A stretch of 64,000 nucleotides of DNA from the human T2T-CHM13v2.0 reference genome, Homo sapiens: assembly GCF_009914755.1 (NCBI RefSeq), contig NC_060929.1, one strand, 5' to 3'. Position 1 is the stretch's first letter. Every line of letters begins with the position of its first letter. The notes below the pieces were generated by a model, which worked only from the letters and a program-made list of their open reading frames with translations, searched no databases and was not told the origin of the DNA. Shown here piece by piece: positions 12,456 through 25,842 of this stretch. Both the position numbers and the translations under genes were made by a program.

Positions 12456-13675
12456 TACTATGAAAACTCCATGATACATCCTGATATTCAGGCTCTTTGG
12501 GAGGCCTCATCTACTAGCAAATTATAACTGGGGCCCTTGTTATCCTATTAGTCTTACTTGTCCTAGGAATCCTAATAATTTGTGTTGTTTGTGTTACTCT
12601 TCTAGTGCCCTAGTTTTCTAGAAGTCATTGTATCAATCCTCTTACTAACCCTGACTCTGTAGAGAATCTTAAAACATTCTGAGAGGAAAATTCAAGCCTC
12701 TTGGATCAAAGCTTGGAAGTTACACTATCCCTTCTACACATGCATATAATTGGAAGATAGTGTTAAGGATGCTTTTGAACCTCACTTAAATGCTGAAGTA
12801 ACCTATAATAGATTTTCCTTCCATTTCCCATAACTTTCAGAATAGAGGAAAAACAACAAAACAGACTTTAAATAAATTTGCTTTGAATTAGTTCTTGCTT
12901 GAGTAACACTTTTAGATGCTTTCTGAACAAAGCAACATATATTTGAAAAGCCCTCTGAAGTTAGTTACACAAGAAAATCTCTAACAAGATACAAAAAGAA
13001 CAAAACTTGAATGTACTTAAAAAGTTTATTTTCCTAGGGTAGTCTCCCAGTTACAGATTTCATACTGGGATATATGCAATTGGGATGTTTTATTTGGTGC
13101 AAATACCCTCTTCTTTGAAGTTAATTATAAAGAGAACCCCCCCCCCGCCAGATCTTCTTTACATTAATAATTTCTATCGTTTAGTAACTGCACTTAAGTA
13201 TAAATTAATTTAAGGTACAGACTGATTCAGGAATGAACTAATTTACTTGGCATGCTCTGATCTATTTTGTTGCTTCTCCATCACTTTCTGTATCACACCA
13301 TTGAAATATGATCAAATTGATAGATGGAAGAGGAAGATAAGCGGGAGGGTCCCCAGGGAACCTGTGACTGGCCTGCATACGGTGCACATTGGGAGAACAG
13401 GGTAGAGCCAGGGGAAGTTTGTGCCATTTGCATGGGAAAGGAACCTGGCCTCTTCAGTTCCTGTGTGGTGGCCTGGGATTCTGTCTGTGAGGTGAGAGGC
13501 TTGTTAGCAGGACTCCATCTCACTTTGATGAGTTTTTTTTTACTTTTTTTGCCCTTTTGGCCCAATAAAATCCTGCTCTACTCACCCTTCAATTTGTCTG
13601 TGTGCCTAAATTGTCCTGGTCATATGATAAGAGCCCTGTTTTAGCTGAACTAAGGAACAAAATTCCTCAGCATTT

Positions 13676-13698
13676 TGGCGCCCAGACATGGGGTTTGA
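13676..13698 (+). promoter_or_regulatory. Retroviral primer-binding site, tRNA-Lys(CUU)-like
   Basis: TGGCGCCCAGACATGGGGTTTGA versus the tRNA-Lys1,2 complement TGGCGCCCAACGTGGGGCTCGA, 3 nt after the LTR CA. Confidence 0.7.
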
Positions 13699-13871
13699 GA
13701 AAGGGTAACATGAAAACCAAAAAATATTTTTTCCTTTTCCTTCTAAGCCTTTTTGTCCCCAGACTTCTTCTGAGGGCAGAGGAAACTGCACCCCACCCCA
13801 CCCCAAAGGCTGCAGGCACACGTGGGATGGAATGATAAATGGCAACTCCCCTGTCCTTCTCCTTACCAGGG

Positions 13872-16077
<2,206 letters not shown>

Positions 16078-19000
16078 AAGAATAACAGGTTCCACCCCCA
16101 GGCAACGTTCCAGCGCTGCACTTTAAACTTTTTTTCCTTTTCTCTACCCTGTCAGCAGTTAACTTTTAAGTGAGAGCTTTGTTTTGTTTTGTTTTTAGAA
16201 GACATTTAACTAGGCCAGGAATAATAAGAATCACTGTTTATATTCTCTGTAAAATTTTAATTATGAAAAAGGATTTGTGAGGTTGGTCTTAAGTTGATGC
16301 CAACCTGGTGTGCTTTGCGTGACTTTCTGTATGATTAGTTGCAGACTTTGCTTTAGGCCTCCATCTTGTTTTACATCCTTGGGAGCATGACCTCTAACCA
16401 TATGGCAATGCTTTGTCTAGCTTCCACCATTTACAATGGCAGCCAGGGTTCAATCCTGGCTTAGGGAATGAGAACTTTTGGGTTCATATCTGCCTGCCTT
16501 TTGCCAATTTGCTGATTCTCTGCCCCACAGTGAACAACTTCTAGCATTTTTATTAAATCTTCCTTTCTCTGGGTTACCTTTAAAGGTTCTAAATTTTGTA
16601 AGAACTACCTTTGGAGATACTTCATGCACTCACAGTTAAATTATATCCCTAATTGAGGCTTGTTGGTTTCACCTATGAGGTTACTTTTAGTAAGGTTTGA
16701 AAGCCAGAAATAATGGCTACTTGGTGGGACTAAAGTTGGGTAATAAAGGAGTTAAAAGATTGTCTTAAAGCGTGCTCAGCTTAATTAAAAGTGGATATCC
16801 AAGTTACAGATATATTTAAATGGCCTTTCTGTTTTTCTTTTCTCAGATCTTGTTTTGCTGGAAAAAGGGTTTTTCCTCAATTGACTGAATTCTTTTTCTC
16901 CATTTTGTCTTGCCACTATTAGTGCATGCATAAGAAGCCAATAATTAGGAGATTGGCAAATGAAAAATCCACTGGATCCTTTTCTACCTGTCTGTGTAGT
17001 TACATATATGTTGCATGTGTGATGTTTTAAGGGAAGATAAAAGCTGTGGTTCCTTTTAAGATCGTGTGACTTTAATCTTTGAGAAATAAAAACCGCTTTA
17101 AAGGTTATTGGTGAAATGCAGATGTCATCAAAATGTAAATATGTAAACTAAACTCTGCAGGTCAGATATTAGGTTTGCTAAGTGCTTTAAGGTTATAAAC
17201 TGCCTTTTTGGTTTTTGAGAACTGTTTGACTTCCCTGTGTCACAACTGGTAAGGCCTGGAGACCTATGGAATTAACCACACCCGTAATTGTGCTGAAAGG
17301 AGTCAAACCTTGGCTGCACCTAGCATATAACTATAAAAACTTACCAGGTTTTAAATTACAATTAAAAATTGCTAGAAGTTACCATTATAACATGTAATTA
17401 AAACTACTGGAAATAGATTTATATGTAAGGTGTGTAAGAACAGTAAAGTGTGTTTTTAGTAAAAGATTATAAGAAGACATAGAAATGTAAATTCTTGCTT
17501 AGGGTAGAAGGATTGTTTCGAATCAGATAATATTAGGCTGAAGGTTTAAACAAATAATGAAATGACTGTAAAAATTAATCTTGCAAAAATTTCATGTGTG
17601 AACATATTGACTAAATGCAAAAGGATATTATATGTTTTTTCTGTAAATTGATCATTAAAATAAAAGCATAACAAGGCACTCTTAAGGCACTAATCTGCCC
17701 TTTAACAAAATTTATAAGGGGTTATAAAAGGTTTTGCTTTTTTAAATTTCTGAGTAATTATTTTGGCAAAATAGCTAACATTGTAATCTGGAATTCTATT
17801 TCATAACATCAAGTGTTTTAAACCTCTAACATATTTAACAGGCTTCCCAAAATCAAACTTCGGTTTCAAAATTGTCTTTCCTGATGCCTGGCTTTTAGAT
17901 GCTACAGAGGGCCCCTGGAGTGTCCACAAGATAGGTAAACAGGATTATTTGACATGTTTCATTACATGGGATTGCCAAAATGGTGTTCAATCTTCTTAAG
18001 GTTATATTTTGGTGAATAGTACTAACATATCTGCCAAAATTGTATGGGATTTCTAAAACTCTAATGTCTAAAGTATATGCCATCAATCATAATTAAGGTT
18101 GTTATGTTAAGTTATTGTAAACCACAATGACAACCAAACTTCTTTGTCAATTGTGTTTCTGACTGTAACTACCCTGGACTTTATGTTATTCACAATCATT
18201 GTCTTGTTTGGTCCTTTTCAAAGGATGCTCTGTAATAAGCTGTAGGAGCCTGACAAGTGCTCTCAAATACAGGTTTCTCATTACCTTGGAAATTGTGACA
18301 TTGGAATAAAGAAAAAATGTACAAGACTCATGAAGAACAGAAATGCTTACTAATATCAAGCAAAACAAGAGCTAACTGGATGGACTGAACTAACACAAAA
18401 CTGAAGTAATCTTTTTGAGTTTTGCTTGGAACATTGCTAATCCTTGTTTTGTTTTTCAGTCAAGGAAACTCATTTTAAGCTACTTATGGCCTTTAATAAT
18501 TGAGAAAGGTATACTCCTGTGTACAAAATTTGGAGCATATTTGTTTCTCTTTGCCTGGTTCCTCTAGAATTTGGAAACTATCTGTGAGTATTTTTAACTT
18601 ATGGCAATACACTTGTTTGCATCAGTGCAATAAGAATCAATTTTCCTTTGCAACAGGATGCAAATGGAGAAGCTGTTTGTTTTACCAAGGTTTTGACTGG
18701 AAGAGTTTGCTTCCCTTTAAGGACTCAAGCTCAAATCTCAAAGCTGATAAAAGCTCCTTGAGAAAACTGGCCTCATATTCTTGTCTACATAGTTCTTGTA
18801 GGTTCCTAACCTTTGATGAGTAAAGAATGCCATTTTCCAACAGGCCCAGGAACCACATGCTCTTGGGACCTCAAGAAGAGAGGAGTTTACCAAACTTACA
18901 AGTATTTGAGGATAGAAACCCATGTCTGGGCTCAGTTTTAAAAGGTCTTATTTGAGATTCCTTGTGGAACAGAGTTCCACCAAAGCCAATCTAAAAGGCC

Positions 19001-19347
19001 TGGATAGAAATAATTATTCTTTTAGCACTTTTTGCAAATAATTAGGTCAAGTATAAGACTGAAGTCTATTTTGCAAACAACATAGTCCTATCGTGATTTG
19101 TTTTTGTTTTTAAGAGAAATGAGAACAAGAGAGAGAGAAATTATGTTTCAAAATTTATCATCATTAAATTTTAGATTCATTAGTTGTTTTTAAGTTTTTG
19201 CCTACATTTTAGACTAACTGCTTGTTCCTGTGAACCAACCAGCAATCCCTGGCTTCAGCTCAGAAAGAACAAAAGGGATGAGTGATGTGAAAACCTGGAT
19301 CAATATTCTAGTTTATGACAGTTATTCTGCAAATCCTGCCAGGAAGA

Positions 19348-20439
19348 GTATTTGCTAGGAAGAGAAAGGAACCAGGGATGCCTACTTCCCTCTTTCTAGA
19401 TGAGTAGCCATTCATCTTCAGTCTGTACTACTTTTGAATGCATCCTGAATCCCTGGGATTCCTCTGAAAAAAAAAAAAAAAGCTTCCTTTTCCCTCCTCT
19501 GTCCTCTCTTCACTGCTAGGTAATTGTGTCTCTGTACTGTGAGACACTCCCCTCAAATGCATCCTCCAAACTGGGAAGAGTTAAATGGGATGCCCATCAC
19601 CCAGAGGTTTTCTGTTTGGGAAAGCAAGACCAATGGAGCTAACCAAAGCCAAGTACTATGCACGCAAATCTCAGCAAGCATTACTATAGTCACCAGTTAT
19701 CTGAGGATGTCACAAGACATCCTTTTCTCTCCCTTGTTGAAGGAGGACTCAACTTCACAGCTTCACTTTAGCATTTGGCCTCTGATAAGGAGTCCATGCA
19801 ACCCCCTGTGACACATTTTTGCCCCAAACTCAAGTCCAAGCTTTGGTTCAAATCCTTAGTACAAAGTTCTAGTTCTGAGGGATCCAGAGGAAGATGATAA
19901 CAGAAGTTAAAAGGCACAGCACAGGTGAGCATGACTAATTCCTGCTGATTAAGCCAAGCTTCCTGTTTCATAGATAAAGGTAATGCTGGTATTCATGACA
20001 TAAATTAGGTCTAAGAAATTCAAAGGCTACTGACAGCAGGGGAGATAGGGCATATGTGGGTAAGAGAGTATATTCCCACCACCTAGGTCCCCCTGTTAAC
20101 ACGGATGAAAGCCACTTTGATGCCCATGGGTGGCACCCTGCTGTTGTCAGGGACTCAGGGATACAAGAAGAGAGGAAAGAAGGAGGAACATCTCACTCTT
20201 TCTTTCCAGGTATTTGCCAGGAAGAGAAAAGAACCAGGGATGCCTACTCCCCTCTTTCTAGATGAGTAGCCATTCATCTTCAGTCTGTACCACTTCTGAA
20301 TGCATCCTGAATCCCTGGGATTCCTCTGAAAAAAATGCCTCCTTTTTCCTCCTCTGTCCTCTCTTCACTGACAGGTAATTGTGTCTCTGTACTATGAGAC
20401 ACTCCCCTCAAATGCATCCTCCAAACTGGGAAGAGTTAA
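19348..20439 (+). repeat. Dispersed direct repeat of ~230 bp (19348-19584 and 20210-20439) inside the ERV internal region
   Basis: Both copies run GTATTTGC.AGGAAGAGAAA...CTCCAAACTGGGAAGAGTTAA with high identity; the A-tract length differs. Confidence 0.93.
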
Positions 20440-20537
20440 TTTCCCAAACCTTAGACTGGTTGGCTTAGGATTAGGCTCAGGGGAAGGGAACCCAGAAGCC
20501 TGACATTCTAGCAAAATAGTTTTGTTTTCTTTTTTTT

Positions 20538-20568
<31 letters not shown>

Positions 20569-20669
20569 ACCAGTTGCGCTTGTGGTCTCCCCCTCCTTGT
20601 GCAAACCAGTAAAACATCTCTGGATTTTTGTGCTGTCCTTACCCCATCCTTATTTTGATACATATTTTC

Positions 20670-20740
20670 TAATAACCTGGTTTGTCTCTTTTCACCTTCA
20701 GGCCATCAAACTCCAAATGGTCATGCAACTGGAGCCTTGA
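20670..20740 (+). pseudogene. env TM cytoplasmic-tail remnant
   Basis: FVSFHLQAIKLQMVMQLEP resembles the gammaretroviral-type ERV Env tail (FVSSRIEAVKLQM...); located just upstream of the PPT and 3'LTR. Confidence 0.75.
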
Positions 20741-22359
20741 ACGATGGCCCCTTCTGCTGGGGACATTCAGATAGTCTTCTGAAGGAGCTCTGTCTGCCAT
20801 TTTCCCAAAACAGTACTCCCTGTCAGCAGGAAGCAGTTAAGATTGGTCTTCATCCTTTTCCTTATTCTTGTTCTAATGGCAGTTAGATGTACTTCTTTAG
20901 AGGGGGAATGACAGATGCAGGAGGAAGATAAGGGGGAGGGTCCCTGGAGAACCTCCAACTGGCATGTGCACTGGGAGAACAGGGTGAAACCAAGGGAAGT
21001 TCACACTGTTGAACTTCCAGGCCAGCAGGGAGGAGCCTGGTCTTTTCAGTTCCTGTGTGGCATGCTAGGATTCAATCTCTCAGGTGTGAGGCCGGTTAGC
21101 AGGACTTCATTTTAGAGTTTTTTTCTTTTTTTCCCTTTTTGCCCAATAAAATTCTGCCCTACTCACCCTTCAATCTGTCCACATGCCTAAATTTTTCTGG
21201 TTGTGTGACAAGAGCCTGATTTTAGCTGAACTAAAGAACAAAATTCTGCAACAAAATGTTAAGTTTAAGTTTTTCCACCCTCCAATTCTTTCATGTATAT
21301 TTGGAGTCATTTTTATTAGTGAGAAGTTAAACTATACTCCAGAAAATGAAAGCTAATTTCCCCTCAGAAACAAGTAAGTGAACAGATGGCCCTTGCAGAA
21401 AACGATATATATATATTTATCTATTAGACTTAGGATGCCTCCAGGAAAAATATATGTGTCTAGTGGCAAAATTTGAAATCCAGTTCTTTCCCTTTATGAT
21501 ATCATTTTTGGATTTCCTTTAAATTTTTTTTTTTAATTTATTAGTCCTGAACCATGAATGCCTTAGGAAGCAAAAGGTCCTGTTACTCCCTGGGCTGAAA
21601 GGGCTCTGGGAGATGAGTGATAAATTATATAAGCTATCCAAGGACAGTCAATTACTATTGAAATGTGCTAAATAAGGCCCTGAGGACCGATTAAATTAGT
21701 GTCTTTTCTACAGAACTCAGTGTACTTTTGTATTGGTTCCATATAGCTTTGGAAGGTGGGCAAGCTGTTCCTTTCTCAATATGTAGAAGATGTTAGTACC
21801 TGGTAAAGAAAAGATGAAACATCTTCATATAGTCATTTAGTACACACTCATGTTCCATTAATATTATTGGAAATTAAACATTTTTAACCCGAATAATAGG
21901 AGTTTGTTTAATGGCACTGCAACTTTTTAAGCCCACAGGAATGCTTTTATTTAGAACATTAGTTGTTTGTTTCTTCTTGAGTGTTTGGTCTGATGAGTTC
22001 AAAAGGTTTTCCAGAGGACTGGGAACAGAGCTCAACAACAGCTTCCAAATCTTTTTCGAATCTCTTAATAGTGCTGCATACAAAGAATTAGGTATCCCTC
22101 GATCCCATTCATAGCCTTGCTTTACTTCATCAGTAATTGGGAGGGGATCACATGAGATGATGTCAACACTAGCATGACCAATATATCATTGTAGAATAGG
22201 CTTATGACCTTGGTAAACTTTTCTTGGCAGCCCAACATTCTGAAATATCTGCCAGATTTCAGGTCTATTGACAGTGCCAAATGTTTTTATTAGGTCACCA
22301 TAGAACTCTGGGTGCTGTTCCTTGTATGAAGCTGCAGAACTCACATTTGGAATTACGCA

Positions 22360-22520
22360 CAGAATGTTGGAGCTCGAAGGGGCCTTAGAAATTTTCTAGT
22401 CTGGCCCTCATATTAATGATGAAGAAATGGAGGTACAGTTAATTGAAGTAAACTGCCCAAGATCACAAAATGAGTTAGTGGCAAAACCACAGCTCACTGA
22501 TCAGTTCCTCTGAACTCCAA
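22360..22520 (-). mobile_element. MIR-family SINE fragment
   Basis: GATGAAGAAATGGAGG...CTGCCCAAGATCACA...GTTAGTGGCA core-like motif. Confidence 0.7.
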
Positions 22521-22749
22521 TTCCCTCTTACTAATGGTTGTTCCACTGTAAAAGTCATTCAACTTTGCTGAACAGATGGAAGCAAAAGAAACGGTGAATC
22601 AGTGGGAATGGGCCAAGCAGTGAGGCATATCTATTCTTTACTATTCTCACTCAGAACATAGCTTTAAAAGCAGTTTATTGTTGGTTTAGTGTTCTTTTGT
22701 AATCCTTGCTTTACTTAAGGTCCACTCTTCAGTACTTTTTTCTGATTAA

Positions 22750-23790
22750 TTTTTTTACTGAGGTATAATTTTCATATAGTAAAATGCACAGATGTTAAGA
22801 TCCTATATTTTAAAAATCAATATATACACCAATGAATCCATCAGTCAAATCAAGATATAGAATATTCCCATTACTGCAGAAAATTCCCCTGTGTGTTTTT
22901 GCAGTCAATCCACACCCCTTGTCTCCACCAGAGGAAACTACTATTTTGATTTATATCATCATTGATTGTTTTTGCCTGTTTTAGAACTTTGCATAAATGA
23001 AATCGTATTGCATGTACTCTTTTGTGGCTGGCTTCTGCTTAACAAAATGTTTTTGAGATTCTTCAATTTGCAGTTGTACCAGTAGTTCATTCATTTTTAC
23101 CACCATTTATTTATCAATTTTCTTGCTGATAAACATTTACGTTGTTTTCAGTTTGGGGTTATTATGAATAAATCTGCTGTGAACATTATAATACAAGCTT
23201 TTGATTGACATATATTTATTCATCTTGGAAACATACTGAGCAGTGAAATTGCTAAGTCATAAGGTAGATGATATTTAACCTTCTTAGACACTGCTGTACA
23301 ATTTTCCAAAGTGATTGTACCCTTTCTACAACCGCCAACAATATATGTACCTTTCAGTTGCTCCAAACTTGACATTGTAGTCTTTATTTCAGGCATTCTG
23401 GTTGGTATATAGTGAGACCTCATGTGGTTTTCATTTGCATTTTCCCCATGACTAACAATGTTGAGCAGCTTTTCATATGCTTATTGGCCAATTATTTGTG
23501 AAAAATAAATTTCTTTTGTGAAATTTCTGTTTTTGCCCACTTTAAAAAAATTAAGTTTGTCTTTTTGTTATTAATTTATAATGCTTCTTTCACAGATGTA
23601 TCTATTAAAAATATTTTTCTCAAGGTCTAGCTTGCCTTTTCAGTTAGTAATGGCATTTTTGATGAGTAGAAATTTTAAACTATGATAAAATTCAATTTTT
23701 TTTCCATTCATGGTTGGTGTTATTTTTCTTAACTCCAAGGTCATAAAAATTTTTCTTCTATGTTTTATAGTTTTAGCTTTTACATTTTAC
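22750..23790 (-). mobile_element. Ancient L1ME-like 3' end
   Basis: T-rich start (TACTGAGGTATAATTTTCATATAGTAAAATGCACAG); ORF 23220-23423 echoes the ORF2 C-terminus (LPYDLAISLL). Confidence 0.8.
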
Positions 23791-24030
23791 TCTTGAATCA
23801 ATATCTGAATAGATGTAGATATTGCCACTTTGTTCTGAGCCTATCACCAGTGAACTCAAAATAAAAAGTTTCAATTGCATCCTTAGGAAAATATAATACA
23901 TTGTGATATTTAGTATCTGTCTTCAGACATGCTGCATATACATCTATACAGAAAGTAGTTTTATATCTCTCTAAAGCAATTAAACAACCAGTGAGATGGA
24001 TCTATAGTCCTCCCAGCTAAGAGTGTCTCT

Positions 24031-24250
24031 GCCTTCATTCTCAAATGAGAATGGCAGCCTTCATTCTCAAATGAGAATGGCAGCCTTCATTCTCAAATGA
24101 GAATGGCAGCCTTCATTCTCAAATGAGAATGGCAGCCTTCATTCTCAAATGAGAATGGCAGCCTTCATTCTCAAATGAGAATGGCAGCCTTCATTCTCAA
24201 ATGAGAATGGCAGCCTTCATTCTCAAAGTGAGAATGGCAGCCTTCATTCT
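24031..24250. repeat. Minisatellite: 8 full plus 1 partial copy of the 26-bp unit GCCTTCATTCTCAAATGAGAATGGCA
   Basis: Units start at 24031, 24057, 24083, 24109, 24135, 24161, 24187, 24213 (27 bp, extra G) and 24240 (partial). Seven copies are identical; no spacers. Confidence 0.98.
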
Positions 24251-24999
24251 AAAGTTCCTAGAGCTCTGTATTTTGATATGAAAACTCAAATTGCCATTCT
24301 TTTGATTGGTCATTTCAAACTGGTTTTTAATACATTGCTCCAGCTCATTTATGATATCGAATTGTTGCTATTTGTTTTGATAGCTAAATTTGGTGTTTCT
24401 CATTCCATGTTTACAATTATGAACTTAACCTATTGTTAATTAAGGGTAATATAGGAAAGAATTCCAGAATGTGAAAATATGAGAAGCAAGTAAGAAGAAA
24501 AAATAAGACTATAAGTAAAATAATACCTTTCTAAACTCACTTAAAATGATGATGTATAAATTAAAGCAGGAGGTAATGTAAATTGTGCGAAGCTGATTAG
24601 GGACAGGATAGGGAGAGGCATGGAAAGCATGCAGGGGACTCAGCCTTTATACAATAAGAGTTTAGGAGACAAAGCTAATGGAAGGGTTTGAATGGAAGAC
24701 AATGAGATGGCCTTAGAACTTAAGGCATGCAGAGACTGGAGCCAATGAGACAATAAACGGAACAATTGCAATTTACCAGCAGAGGGGTACTAAGGATTGT
24801 TGTTGGAAGAATAGTGGAGGAGGAAAGATACCAGAGTTATTTCAGATTACTGATGTAGGGGAAAGAATATTACACCAAGGATTTGAACATAATGGGTCAG
24901 GTAGCAGATAAAGGAAGCCAGCAACAACAGGAATGTTTAGGGAAAGAACATTTAGTTTAGAAATGTGCTGAGGACAGTGTTTGGACTTGGCAGATGTCA

Positions 25000-25170
25000 A
25001 GGCTTCAGTTCCACCTTCACAACTTACCAGTGGCATGGCACGAAGCACATTGCACAAGCTCACTGAATTTTTCTAAACTTACTTTTCTCATATGTAAAAA
25101 TGATGTTATAGTACCCATCCCAAAAAATGTTTTGAGAAATCTGATTTAGAATATATAAAAATACTCAGTA
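25000..25170 (+). mobile_element. MIR fragment
   Basis: TTTTCTCATATGTAAAAATGA core-like motif; degraded. Confidence 0.55.
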
Positions 25171-25767
25171 CTCTTGGGTTTGAGGTGCAGTGGAATATTA
25201 GACAGACCAACAGAAAGTTTTACACATTATTGGTATTTTATAAACAGTTAAAACTGAGTTATAGGCAGTTCATTGAGTTGTTACTGTTCCATGGTTAAAT
25301 TATGTTACTTTGATGGACATTGAATACCCCCAACTCTAGCTATTGTAATGAAGTTAAAATGAGCATCTTTGTATACATACCATTTTCATTTTGTTAATAT
25401 GTCCTCTTATTTTCTCCTAATACTTACTAGAGAAAAAAACCAAATATGGCAAATACCTGGTGAAATTTATGGGCTTTCATTTCCTGAAAAGCTAACGTTT
25501 GATTTTCTTACACATTCCAGAATTGTGTGTAGGCTCTGGCTATACTAACTGGATGACATGGTAAAATCCTAAAATGTTCATCTGCAACTTTTTCCAGCCT
25601 GGAGTCTGTCTTTGGATCAGCAATAATTGCCTGGACAGCTATAATGGCTTCATTAACTGTTGCTTGTGTTCTGTGTTTTTTATACAGCGATAGAGAAAAT
25701 GCATCTCCCGTGTCAAAATCTAAATGTGCTTATCTAAACCTAACTGCATCTGATGTAAACACTTGTG

Positions 25768-25842
25768 ATCTAAAATTCAAATTGTATTAAACTGAAGTTT
25801 AATGCAATCTAAAATTCAAATTTCATTAAACTGAAGTTTAAT
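25768..25842. repeat. 39-bp tandem duplication containing a hairpin
   Basis: ATCTAAAATTCAAATT(GT/TC)ATTAAACTGAAGTTTAAT x2. Confidence 0.9.

Noticed and set aside
13318-13672. p53 response element known from some MER61 subfamilies
   Set aside because: No paired RRRCWWGYYY site is visible in either short LTR; only poor half-sites.
21770-21825. Splice-acceptor-like TTTCATCTTTTCTTTACCAG on the minus strand
   Set aside because: No convincing partner donor or coding frame; such motifs are common by chance.
24031-24250. CRISPR-like palindromic repeats
   Set aside because: Units are directly adjacent with no spacers, there are no cas genes, and the context is human; it is a minisatellite.
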